Assembly: GCA_000320545.1 (NCBI GenBank)
Contig: ADNK01001329.1
Coordinates: forward strand, 37,846-101,845
Reading direction: 5' to 3'
Origin: Bigelowiella natans CCMP2755
Lineage: Eukaryota > Protista > Cercozoa
Length of the DNA: 64,000 nt
A program made the translations under genes and the position numbers. A model generated the notes under the pieces. The model saw nothing but the letters and a program-made list of their open reading frames with translations, was not told the origin of the DNA and did not search any database. Below, piece by piece: positions 28,108 through 40,623 of the stretch. Within the stretch, counting starts at the first letter, position 1; each line of letters starts with the position of its first letter.

Positions 28108-30245
28108 TTAACGCCGGCCTTTTGGCTTTGCATAATTTATTCTAATAGGATTACCAAGAACGTATTCTCCAGCCTTTGCCATAGCCAGATCTACAGAATC
28201 CTACACATTTGAAGACATTGATGATGCAGAGAAAACGTGTTAATTTGGTTTTGGTTAACATAATAAATAATATCCCATCCTCAATTTAAAAAAATATGGT
28301 GAACACCAAAACATAAAAACATACTTCTTTTTCCTCAATAGTATGACCATAACTTACTCACCTCATTTATAAACTCAACACATCCACACTGCTTGAAATT
28401 TCCCTGGTTTTAGAGAGTACAAAATGCATCAAAAGTGAAATTATGAGCTTGGGAGAATTTATGAACGAAGAAATCACCGTGTTTCTGTCAAATATCCACC
28501 GAATCTCTGATATCTCCCCGCAATCCTAATTTCCATAAGTAATAATGGTTACACCGCATTGCCGTCATTTAGAAACACAATTCTGCATCGCCCCCACTAT
28601 TGCAAAAGCACTCGTTTCAAAATTTCAGTTCTTGGCCAGCAAAATCTCTTCTTGTCAGCAACTCCAACGAACACCAATTTCTCCCGTTCCTTCAACATCG
28701 GTCTCATACCTTGAATAAATCTTCCATGTGTTTATCTTCGATGTGTTTAGATACTCCTGTATGTGATGAGAACACAATCGCAAATGCATGAGTTTAGGTA
28801 CTAACAAGGCACAGGTGATGATGCTCTAGATAATGACAGCCAACTCAACCACTAGATGTTATAAAAGCTTTGAACAGACTACCGCTTACAAAGATGACGT
28901 TGCATCCCTCCGGTCTTGCTGTAATATGGCGCTGTTGATGCGTCGTCCCTTCTGGCCTTCTACTAATCTTCTTCCCGCTACTGCTGCTACTACCATCTGT
29001 AAGGACGGGTATACCCTCTTTCAAAAGCTCAGGCTTAGCCACAGTCACCTTATAGAAAATATCCTTCAGTAAATTATGACCGAGTGTGCGTGCGTATGCG
29101 TGTGGGCGTGCGGGTGAGCGTGTGCGTGTGCGTGTGCGTGTGTGTGTGTGCGTGTGCGTGTGCGTGTGCGTGTGCGTGAATATTTCCACATATCATCTTA
29201 TTTCACTTACCGATATTGCTCTGTCCTGTAGAAGCTGCCCTGACTTCTCAAGCGCAGAAGTGCTAGCCTCTTTGCTTGAAAACAACAAAATCGCCCTTCC
29301 CTAAGAGATTTATGGGAAATCAATCGAAACACTCAGTTGAGATGAAAATAACCAGCACAGTACTAATGCAAAATATCATTACCTTGAATTTTCCCCTCTT
29401 GTCTTTGAGCCAATGGACAAGTCTCACATCCTATGCAGTAAATGGGAGATGAATACGGGAGTAGCAAGCGACCGACAGAGATGGTTTTGGGGGGGGGGGA
29501 GACTTGTGGGTAAGATTGAGCAAAGTGCATGAAAGCGCCACAAATCTCGTGCAAAAATACATACTTTGAAGAAGGACCGGACATCTGCCTCCTCGACCGT
29601 GAAAGGAAGATTTGAGATGAAAATAGGTTGCACCATATCTGTTTGCCCTTTAATATCACCGCTGGAATCTCCTAGAGAGGCTACACTTGTTGTTATCTTA
29701 GCTTTATCTGTATTAATTTGAGTATTTGCCTCAGGAGTCCTGGGAGAAGAGACGTCGGACCCATCTCGATCTAAGGCGACCTGACGGAATGTTGTTGCGT
29801 ACTCAGTTAATGAAGTAATTAGTTGCTGCTGACGATATCGAAATGAGATGAGAATAAATTATGCATAGACAAATTGGGGCGCCTGCCACTGCTAACTTAC
29901 CGATGTATCCTCTGCCTTGGTTGCTGTCGTCTTCTTTGCTTTTTTCTTTTTCTTTACTTTCCTAGGTTTCTCGACATCTTCCGACTTGGTACTCCCCACC
30001 TTCAATTTCAGTGTTTTCACCTGTTTCTTCTTCTTCTTCTTCTTCTTCTTCTTCTTTTTCTTATCCACTTTCTTAGCCTTCTTTGTGGCGCCTTTGCCTT
30101 TCTCCAGAGAGTCCTGATGCGTGAGTGACTTGTCTGATTTCCCCTCCCTTCTGCGCTTTGGGTCCCCAGGTGACTTATTTTCTGGCTCCTCCTCCCTCTT
30201 ACGCTTTTTGTGCGCCTTTTTTTTCTTTGGCCTGGTCTCGCTCAT
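28108..30245 (-). CDS. Lys-rich protein with two RRM domains (nucleolar RNA-binding, Nsr1/Nop13/RBM34-like)
   Basis: Poly-Lys N-terminus. RRM1 reads IFISNLPFTVEEADVRSFFK...KTRGKFKGRAILLF...SGQLLQDRAISVTVAKP. RRM2 reads ...EDKHMEDLFK...CGEISEIRWIFDRNT...GNFKQCGCVEFINE / DSVDLAMAKAGEYVLGNPIRINYAKPKGRR*. Confidence 0.82.
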
Positions 30246-30795
30246 GTTCCATTCAAAGAATTCGTGGCCTGTTAATCATGCCCCCCCGCTGGACAGCGCA
30301 TGCACATCATCGATGCTCCGTGCTCCAAAGGGCAATGCCATTGAATATCGGGTAGTAACGGTGTGCATGTAACAAAACAACAACACCACAACAATGTCGT
30401 AGATCCAACGCAAGCACACTTCTTCATCGCGACATCCAAAGATATTTGTCAATTCTCCGATTCTCTCATCGTGTGAATGTTTTTTTGGATGACGCAGAGC
30501 CCTAATCCCCTGCAGATACCGCGTCACACAGGACGAACAAAAGTACCCCTTCGTCTTAATAACGAAATCGTCTGTGCATCTTCGAGGGATTCCGATTCGG
30601 AGGACCCCGGAAAAAGGGCTGAAGGACGAAGAAGAGAACCATCTTGATTCTACATACTAGTGTAATATTCGAGTGTGCACTTTCTCTTCTGCTCACATTT
30701 TATCTTTCATCTTTCTGTGTGTGAGTTCGGCGGTGTACATCATAACACAAACGTCATCATCACATGTCTTATTTGTCTGGTAGGGAGGTCAAATT

Positions 30796-33208
30796 ATGGT
30801 CGAGAATTCCAAGGAAGATAGCGGTTTCCAAGATGTTGCAATTACGAAGGATTCCAAACTAAGTTCCACTAATCCATTCTCCAGCAAGGTACAGTTGGTA
30901 GGAAAATAAGTCATCAACAAAAACGGAAGTGGTGGATGAAAATTATTTTATTTTATTATTTAAGGGCCCAAACAAGGATCCAATGGAGGGGCTGATAGGT
31001 TCGGAGGCTAAGGATAAGTCTGATTCGAATCCAGACAAGCCCAAAAACGATAGCACACAGCCGAAGGAGGAGAAGAAGCATGAGGTGGTCGCAACAGCAG
31101 CAAAAGATGAAACGGACGAGAGGTCAAGCGAAGAATCTCAACCAAAAAGTGGTAACAGTGGAAAGGGGCCGAAGAAAAAGCCTACATCGACAGCACTAAT
31201 CGTGGATGTGTCTAATAATACAACCCAATTCTGGGTTCCGGACAAGGCAGTTGAAAATTGTGGCCTCTGCAGAAGTAGCTTCAGCTTCATCAAACGACGG
31301 CACCACTGCCGAATGTGCGGTCAGATATTTTGCGCCGCATGTTCAAGTAGTAAGATGCAGCTGCCAAAAGGCTATCAATGGGGCGACAAAAAGGTCCGTG
31401 TGTGTGACCGATGCAAAAGCAACCTTCAATCTCAAAAGCACCCTCAAAACCCCGAGGACGCCTTACTTCAGCGCTTGGATAGCGCTGGAAAAGATCCGCA
31501 AACATCGAACGCAGACTACTTCAAGGTATTGGGAATCGAACCAACATCAGACTTAAGCGTTATTAAGAAAGCATACATGAAATTGGCACAAAAGCTTCAC
31601 CCAGACAAAGCTAAAGCCGCGGGCATCCACTACGATACGAGCGAGCAGTTTGAAGCAGTGAAAAATGCATACCAGTACATTAGGAAGATGATCGAATCTG
31701 GTGTCGACGGTACCAAGCTTACTAAAAAGGCGGCCAGGAAAGATGGTACTGTGAAAGCGGGGCAAAAACTCGACAGAGATGATGCAGGGAAAGTGATTCA
31801 TGCCAGTGCCTGCAGCTGTTGCCACAGGATGTTTAACATGATCCGAAGGCGCCACACGTGTAGGATGTGTGGATCTGTTGTTTGTCATGCGTGCTCTCCG
31901 AGCAAAAGGGCAGTTGAGGGGTTTGCAACGCCTGAAAGGGTTTGTAACAACTGCGTAAGCGTGAATGACAAGCAGGTGTCGCGAGTAGGCAATCAACTCT
32001 TAATCACCGACTCCGTTGCTGAATTGAAAGGGCATAACTATTTACGCCAGCTCAAGTTTGAGGCGCATGTAGAACCAGCGGATGAAGGCGGTTTTACAAC
32101 TGTTTTCTCATTTGCCCCCGAGGCAGCAGTGATAGATGATTTCAAGCTGCGCAACCTGCGTGCACACGGCATCAAAGAGCACAGAAGTCTGAAAGACTAT
32201 CAGTGGTTGAGAGAACAGATGCTATTCCGTTTGAAACCGCGTCACAAGATCGTACCCCCTCTCCTTCCTCTGAAGAAGAAGAAACCTAACCACGAGCAGC
32301 TCCAGACTTTCCTTAACGTCATTCTCAAGCACGTCCTCTTGCACGACGATCCCATCTTTCAACTTTTCATTACTATGAAGCAGAAAGACCTCGAGAACTT
32401 GCAGCTAGAGCCAGGGCTACTAAAAGACGTAACGGCATGGCAACGAAGCCCAGGGTTGCAGCTGCAGGTGCAAGTGATGAACCTGTTCGACACAGATGGG
32501 GAGTCTTGGTATCGGTTCAAAATAGAGCAGCACTGCCGTGAACGAATATCACAGGAACAAGAGTCAAGGGAGAAGCGCCAGAAAGGTAGGTTGGCGGAGC
32601 ACACGCAACGTATCAAAACGCACGCAATACGGGCTGAGGCTCTGCAGAATCGCATGGATGCGATGGTACAGCGGAAAAAACAGCATAAATCCCGCATGGA
32701 GTCGCGCGCTAAACGGATTGAGAAGGAACAGGAGAACAAGGACAAGCAACGGAGATCAGATAAGCTGATCCATATCGAACGCGAAGAGGACGATAAACTC
32801 AGACATGCCGTAAAGAAGGAAGTTAAAGAGCAGCGTGAACAATATGATCAATGTGTCAAAGACCATGCGAAGGCTGTTGAGGACCAGAAACGACACCTCG
32901 ACAAGCTTGTTTCCGTGCAGACTGAATGGGCAATTGACAAGCAAGAGTGAGTGAGTTTCCCTGTTTTTTATCATATTCCTAACAAGGTTAGGAAGGGGAT
33001 ATATATATCGTGGTTGTTATTACGGAAAATGCCATGGAAAAATATTGGGGAGATAGAGATTGAAACCCAATAAATCGCATATCAACTATTCTCAAATCAT
33101 ACCATCATGTTGTGCTGCGGTTCACTCGATGATTCTTAAGGTCTCGTCTATCGTTGAGTGATCCTCATATTGTTTCTGTGTTTTATTATTTTGTATTTTG
33201 GTATGGCT

Positions 33209-33255
<47 letters not shown>

Positions 33256-34581
33256 CTAACCAACCAATCTGGCATCATTCATTAGATATCCAAATCCTGT
33301 GCACAAATGGTTACTGGAGCATATGCAAGTCGAGTTCCCACCTGTATCACCCACATCGCAGCAGAATCTCCCCGACCTTGTTCGTAAGGTGATGATCATG
33401 CGGGACGAAATACCTGAAGCTTCCAACAGGGAAGTCAAGCGGCTGGACGACTTGAAATCCAAGTACGACACGGAATCTGATTTGGTGGTGGATGAAAAGA
33501 CTTCGCTGGCTGAGGAGGAAGAGCCTATTGAGGTGGAGAAGAAGAACTGGGCCGTTGAATACAAGCAAATTGATGATGAGAAGGCGCTGATTGACGCAGA
33601 GCGAGCAAACCGGAAGAAGAAGGAGGAAGTGGTAGAGGCTGACGTGAGTCAGCAAGAGCACATGATAGAGATGCGGGAGAAGGCTCAAGAACAGCGTGCT
33701 CAAGAACAGTCGGACCGCCACGATAACCAGAAAGCTAGGAAACGTAAGCAAGAAACCGAGATTGTCGCAGAAGAAAAACGAATGAAGGAGCAAAAAGAAT
33801 GGGAAGCTAAGCTTAACGAATACATCAAAATGGAAAATGACAGGTGGGGGTTATCAATAATAGAACAATTAGATCGTTTCAAGCGGCTGTGCTGCTACTG
33901 CTGCTGCTGCTACTTTGTGTGCGTCATTTTCCCCTCCGCCAGGGGGTGTCATTATCATCATCTATACCAGTGCTGTACCGTCGTCTTCGTCGTCATCACC
34001 ATTGTCTATCATTACATTATAATGAGAAATAGTTTAAACTGCTTGACGAGTAATATATCGTGGATCGCATGGTGACTATTTTGCATGGATTATACGGCAC
34101 CTTATACGCCAAAACCAGGTTGAAAAGGCAGAGAACAGAGACTCATGTCCTCCGATTCGACCATTCGCAAACAGAGACTCTTCTCGCCAACATTCGTCAA
34201 GGAATCAAAGCTCACTTGAAGTGCCTGGAAGATTGCAAGGCGCTGACCATGGAGCACCTGCAAATCAACACTGCAAACCTGAGAAAGGGAAAAGGGGAGC
34301 GGACTGAGAGCGAGGCTGATGTCCAACGAATGAAGGAGGGACAAGGCAGACGTACTATCCATGAGTTTGAGGATGGCGGGAGATACGATGAACGAGACGC
34401 ATTTGCCGTCGAGATCAACAAGCGCCGCATGAGGGTAGATAGTAGATATAAGAGCGAGAGAGAGCAAAGCAACGGATTACATAATAACACCTCCTCTTCT
34501 CCTCATGGAGGATGGCTGATTGATACCCCGCATGATAAGAGATATAAATGATCAATTCTAAGCTTGTATTTCTGCACCGCT

Positions 34582-34620
<39 letters not shown>

Positions 34621-37060
34621 GCGCAGACATATAGAAAGATAATCCTCTACTACTTCCTCTGCCAGTACTAATGCTGCTGAAACCATTTCCACTTAGAATG
34701 AGACGTGCCTTGATAATGAGGAGAAAAGGCTCTCGGAGGAGAGGAAGAGGCTGGACGAGGAAAACAAGCGTATTCTCGACGAAGAGAGAACTCTAAAAGA
34801 TCTCAAAGAATTAAATACCGAAGAAGAGGTGCAGATTGTCGCTCTTCAGGACTTGGTAGAAAGGCTTGCAGCGTCTGTAAGAGAGGATGAAACTAGTCGC
34901 GCTTCCAAAATGAAGGAGTACCTCGATTTTGCCAACAGCCTCGTCGGTCGGCAAACGGAGAGGCTGATGAGATATAAGGACATACAGAAGATACAGAACG
35001 CAAGAACCAGTGCCTGCGGCGAGCGCTTGGAGGTGAGCAAGTCTTCTATGACCAAGCTAATCAACCTAGACGAAGCCTCCAACCGACGTCAAGAGAGTGC
35101 AGAAAAACGCAGCGATGTATTTGAGAGGCAGCGGGCGGATCAAACTAGGTCAGAACCGCGCTTATTCTTCGACAACGAGAAGACCATTGCGGAGAGGGAA
35201 CTTGAGGTCAAGGCCGCCAGTACAGACAGGGAAACTGTTGAGCAAATCAACAAATTCGTGCTGAGTCTCCGCCCGGCCATGAATCTCGGGATGAAGGAAA
35301 AATCCGAGCAAGTGCGAATTCTGCAGGAGACGTGGAAGGCGACAAAGTTGGATCACAACCTGCTCAACAACTTCACTAAGAAATACTCGAAAGAAGACAT
35401 AAGCCTTTCTGGAATGGACAACATTCCTGATCATGACAATGACTTCGCGCACACGTTACGGGTGCCCTATGAGCTCGCATTCAAGCAAGACGAACAGGAA
35501 TCTAAGGCCTATTTCCATCCTATATCAGCCGCACTTCTCAAAGAGGGCGACACGTTTGCAATGCTTCGCTCTTCCCAGGACGATCTCACAGTGTGGATCC
35601 AGAAGCTCAGAGACTCTCTCAGAGACGAAGAGAAAATCCGCAAAGAGGAGGAACAACATCTGCAAGCGCAGATTAGGCGTCGGAGCGAGAAAGAGAGAAA
35701 GATTTCCGTCAAGAATGCAGATATGGCAAGGACTGCGGAAGGCGTTGCAACGGAATACAGCGCTCTGCAGAGTACCTTAAAGAACTTTGAGAAATCGATG
35801 GAGGGCGGCGATGGTGACAAGGGCTTCGACGCCGAGAAATCGAAGATCAAAGAAACGGAGTCCCAAGTCGAGCGTATAAAGAAGTCTGCTGCCAGTTGTT
35901 TGAGTGATGTGCAGCAGCTTGAAGAGTCGTCTCCTCCCGATGAGAAGATGGTCAAAGCCACTGCGGATGATATGTCGTCACTGCATTCGCTCTACTCGAA
36001 ATACTCGCAAGCATCTAGCTCTAAGAAGGCATCGCTTGCCATAGTTTCTGAGAACAGGGTGAAAGTTGATGAGAAGCAACAAGCTGCAGTAAAGAGGCTT
36101 AAATCAACCTTGGCAGAGCTTAAACATGAGCTCAACGTCACCCTCGCAAATGACCAGAAGCCAAATCCTAAGGATGAGTGGATGATAACCCAGAAGAAGA
36201 ACTGCGCGGACCTCAAGCAGCGTGTGTCCAACTACATCGGAAAGGTTGCCGATTTGTCCTCGGAAGCAAAAGCGACTTTCTCGAAATTTGGAAAATGGAA
36301 AGCAGCCACTGAAAGCCTGATTGAAGACATGGAACGGCTGGCGGAACAGTGTAAGAACGCAGTGAGCAACGTGGAAGAAGTGAAGAGCTTCCTCGCCAAA
36401 AAGCAAGAAGCGCACTCGGCTTGGAAGGGGGTGCACGAGGGCAAGGTCAAGAAGGTCAAGTTGCAACTCTCTTCCTCTCTTGCGAAAGTAAAGCAGACAG
36501 CGGAGAATGCCCAAAGGATCAAGGATAAGGGCAGTGCTGCTGCAAAGCAATTTGAGAGCCTCCAGACAACTGGAAAGGACATACTGAAGAAAATCGAAGA
36601 CAGCAAGGGCTTGCAATCTAGCGGTGATGTTTCTGAGCAACTCTCCCAGGCTGAGGATACTTTAGATTCCGTCCGCGTACTTAATGTTCAGTTCAAAAAG
36701 CTTATCAGCACGATTGGCGAGGCAGAGGCTGAAGCAAAGAGGAATACAGAGCTTGTGAGCACGGTAAAAATGGAGCTCAAGGAGAAAGAAGCTCTGTCGA
36801 ATCTTATCGTAGATCTCGACACGGTGCCAGCACATTCATATTGGAATAATGAGCTAGATAGCCTAAAAACGCAAGCGAGGGCGGGTATTGAAAAAATAGA
36901 TCTGATAAGTCCTTCAGCTCTAGATGACGCGCTTCGCAAATTTGAAGCTCAAATCGAAAGTGGTAAAAAATTAGTGGACACTGTTAAGACAAAATATGAC
37001 AGCTTTAAGACAGAGATGGGCTCGAAGGTGGAAAGTCTGAAAGCTCGGCAAGCAGATTAG
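30796..37060 (+). CDS. Large FYVE - DnaJ(J) - FYVE - PX-like - long coiled-coil protein
   Basis: FYVE1 WVPDKAVENCGLC...RRHHCRMCGQIFCAAC...RVCDRC. J domain DYFKVLGIE...IKKAYMKLAQKLHPDK. FYVE2 CSCC...RRRHTCRMCGSVVCHAC...RVCNNC. PX-like HRSLKDYQWLREQM...IVPPLLP...LQTFLNVILKH..L.DDPIFQLF. More than 1200 aa of E/K/Q/R-rich helical sequence follows across further exons. Confidence 0.88.
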
Positions 37061-37189
37061 TTCGACGTAGCGTTATTATAACAACATACTTTCATACACA
37101 TGCCTTTTAAAATGCGCCTCCTGCCTTTTACGTAATGCAAAAGCGTACATGAATGCAGAAAAGAAACAAGTTACAACTATTATTTTTTA

Positions 37190-37850
37190 ATCCGGGTCTA
37201 GCTAGCTAGATGTGCACACAATCTAGACTTCTAGACTGCGCGCGAGATGTGCGTGCGACGATGCAACAACACACACGCGCGGCCAGGACTAGGCGCATTA
37301 TCGTACCCATGATAGCGTGTTTGTAACAATACCGCAATAATATCATGTGTCTGCTAGATCTATGATAATGAGATGAATGACGTCGGCGGGTGCTAGCATG
37401 CTGTCTGCTATAGATGTCGATCTGGCTGTCTAGCTGTGCCGTATTCTATGTCTGCTGCTAGGCTTGGCTAACTCTAGCTGGAGCTGCTTGCTGGCCTGCT
37501 AGCCTTCCATGTAGCTAGCTAGATAGCTGGCGCTAGCTGCAATTCATCAACATTGACAACTAAAGCCATGTTACCCAGCTAACTTACATCCATCTCTGTC
37601 AGATCGTTCAAGTGGAGGCGCATGTACGTCCGTGAGTGACGTGCATCGCATAGCATGCAACTCTAGAACTGCACGCCATTGATGAGCTAGATGAGCGCTA
37701 GCTAGCTAGCGCGGCTCCTCGTGAGCGCAAGAAAAATTTTAGCCACAATATTTGAAGGTATCAAAAGCACATGATCGCTGAACAAACACAATCTTAGCGC
37801 TGTAGCCGCCGCTTTGTATAGCTAGATAGCTACATTACTAGATTAAGATA
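37190..37850. other. Convergent spacer (FYVE-J gene/FAB1), extremely CTAG-rich
   Basis: (CTAG)3 at 37198-37209 and 37698-37709, (CTAG)2 at 37515, and many single CTAG sites. Confidence 0.75.
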
Positions 37851-38115
37851 ACTAATGGGAAAATGTAATCGCTTCATTACATCAGTCTCATATCTAGATA
37901 TTGTGGCGACGCATTTGAGAACCTTTTGTTTACAATTAAGCTGAAAATCGAGTCCTATATTTCAAACCTCTCATCACGTGTTACTGCGGTCATCTTTTGG
38001 TGATTCATCGATGCGCGTAAATAAAAACAGCAAGACGCATCATCTGTAAAATCTGGATAAAGTCTACCCGCTTGGTGCAGCTGTGTCATGGATTGTTCAT
38101 CCGGATGTGCTCCTC

Positions 38116-40591
38116 TCATAATGGCTTCGTTTCATGTTTATCCCTAGCGCCTTCTTTACGGCTACCCCGATGCTTAGAGGCTGTTGGGAGATTTTTCAGA
38201 CCGGCCCTCGAAGTTTGCACTGGGGCCATCATGAAATATCTCTCCGTTGCTAGTTGAAACCGGACTTTGTAGTTCTCAGGGGAAATCACCGTAGGGGAAG
38301 CCTTCCCTGTTATCATACCCATAGACTTGACGCCTGTTTCTATTCGCCTTTCCCAGGTGTACTGACGCACATAATCAATAATACCGATAGCCATCACACG
38401 GGTTGATTCGTTGAGGCCTACCAACACGGAGTAATCGACCACTTCCATGTCGCAGAGAAACTTGGAATCGTTTCGAATTGCGTGCCTCATCTCGTCCTTC
38501 GTTTTCTCCTCTATAGGGATGGGAAACCCGCGGGTGTACTCCAGGAAGTTCTCGTCAAGCAGCACCCTGTCTGTTTCCCCGGGCTTGGTTTTGACATAGC
38601 GGTTGCGGACTGAGCCTTTCAGGTCAAAGATGTGGGTCACTGGCGTGGCGTAGAACACGTTCGGCATGACGATTGCGTACAGCGTTTTCATGTGATCCCC
38701 GTTCGCACGTTTCCAAGAGACTTGGTAACAACCCAGTATCTTGGACAGCACGGTCGGGAGAGACCGAAAACAACCCTTCGCCATGAACTTGAAGTATGGC
38801 CCTGCCAGGTCGATCAGCATCTTGAATTCGGATTTGTTGACGTATTTGATGATGTATCTATCACAACGGGTTCTCGAGAAGGTGGACCCGGACTTGCCCC
38901 CAGTTGCGTTCCATCCGTAACACCGTGACATCGAGCGAATGAACGCTGCCTCGCCACCGCAATAGACGCGTCGTAGCGCGTGGAACTTGCGTGCGTACAG
39001 CGCTTTGCAAGTGAATCGCGTTATGGTGGAAGGATTTGTTTGGAAAGGGCCCGATTTGGACAAGTCGGAGAAAACGTGCGTGCAGGTAGACTTGGAATCT
39101 TCGTTCAGGATCATCTCCACAGCCTTGGGCTCCGTGTAGTACCAACTTGGAGAGAAAATGTCCGGTTTCTGACCACGGTGCCGGGATGATTTCCAATCGT
39201 CTCTTGAATCTGTCGACGAAGTGTGCTTCGATCCTGAGGCGCTTTTGCTCTTGTTGTTATTTGAAGAGGATGATGACTCTTCAGCAGCTGATGACGAAGA
39301 TATCCTGTCAGTATCCCCCCCCCTCTCCGAATCGTCGCCACTGACTGTATTATTAGTGTTCTCAACAACTCCTCCTTCGGTAGTAGTAACACCACTGGAA
39401 GATGACTGTATGATAGCCGCGTGTTCCTGAGATGCCAGAGTATACGCAATAATCGAAGAAGCCTCATCTTCGAATACAGGGACTTGAACGTCGTTGAGCA
39501 GCTTTGGAAGGAGCATGTGCACCCTACAAGGTATGGACGTAGGGTTGCCGTCGTCGTGATGGTTTGCCTCAACACCTGCGTGCGACATCATCGATGATCA
39601 TTAATTCATTAACTCGAGAGGAGGAGGAGAAGGAAGAGGAGGAGGAGGAGGAGGAGGAGGAGGAGGAGGAGGAAAAATAACGATTCTAACCATAAAGAAG
39701 AGCCAGCGCGAGGGAGAGAGGGGGGAGGAGGGGGGATGAATGCACATGTAGTAGTAGTCGTAGTAGCAGCAGCAGCAGTAGTAGCGGTAGTAGCAGTAGT
39801 AGTAATATTTCCCTTCGTGTGGGAGAAGAGAACAAGTTAGTAGTAGTAGTAGTAGTGGTAGTAGTAGTGATACCTAGATTCGAATCCACCATAGCACCGG
39901 AAGATAAGAACTCTACATCAGCATTCGTGAGCATCATGTCTTCTTCCTGCTTGATATCAGATGGATGGATAACGCGGCATAGATGACGAGATCTTTCCGC
40001 TCCAGATGTTGGTGGTTGTGGTGCTTTGGGGCGGTTATTCGTTGATTTTGCATCCCGATGTGAAGATGATGCCCCACCGGTGTCATGGCTCTTGGCACGG
40101 CTATTCGTCGAGAGAGACGCTGCTGCGGTTGTTGTCTTACTAGGAGAAGTGGCCGCTGATAAAGCGCGCTTTGGGGTGCCCAGGGATGATGATGATGAGG
40201 CAGTAGTGGTGGTGGTGGTGGTGGTGGTGGCAGCTGATGATGGCTCTGCTGCTGCTGCTGCTGCTGCTGTGATTGGATTAGAAGGCGGAGGCATCAATTT
40301 GGAACTGCTTGGTAGGTGATGTTGCCGTGTTGTCTCATCATTGTCGATGCTAATCACGCTACTTCGGGTCTCTGAATTTGCTTGCAAGTTCTCCACGAAA
40401 GTTGTCGGCGGCGTAACCATGTCCACGGACGCTTCCGGCGGAGCTGTGATCTCTGATGGAATATACGTCTCCGCCCCTGTTCTTCCTCCTCCTGCTGCCA
40501 CTGCAGCTGTGGTTGCATTGTCAGCATCGCCAAATCCACTGGTAGCAGTCTGAAGATTTCGTGGTGCTACACGATCATCCTCCTTGGTGGT

Positions 40592-40623
<32 letters not shown>

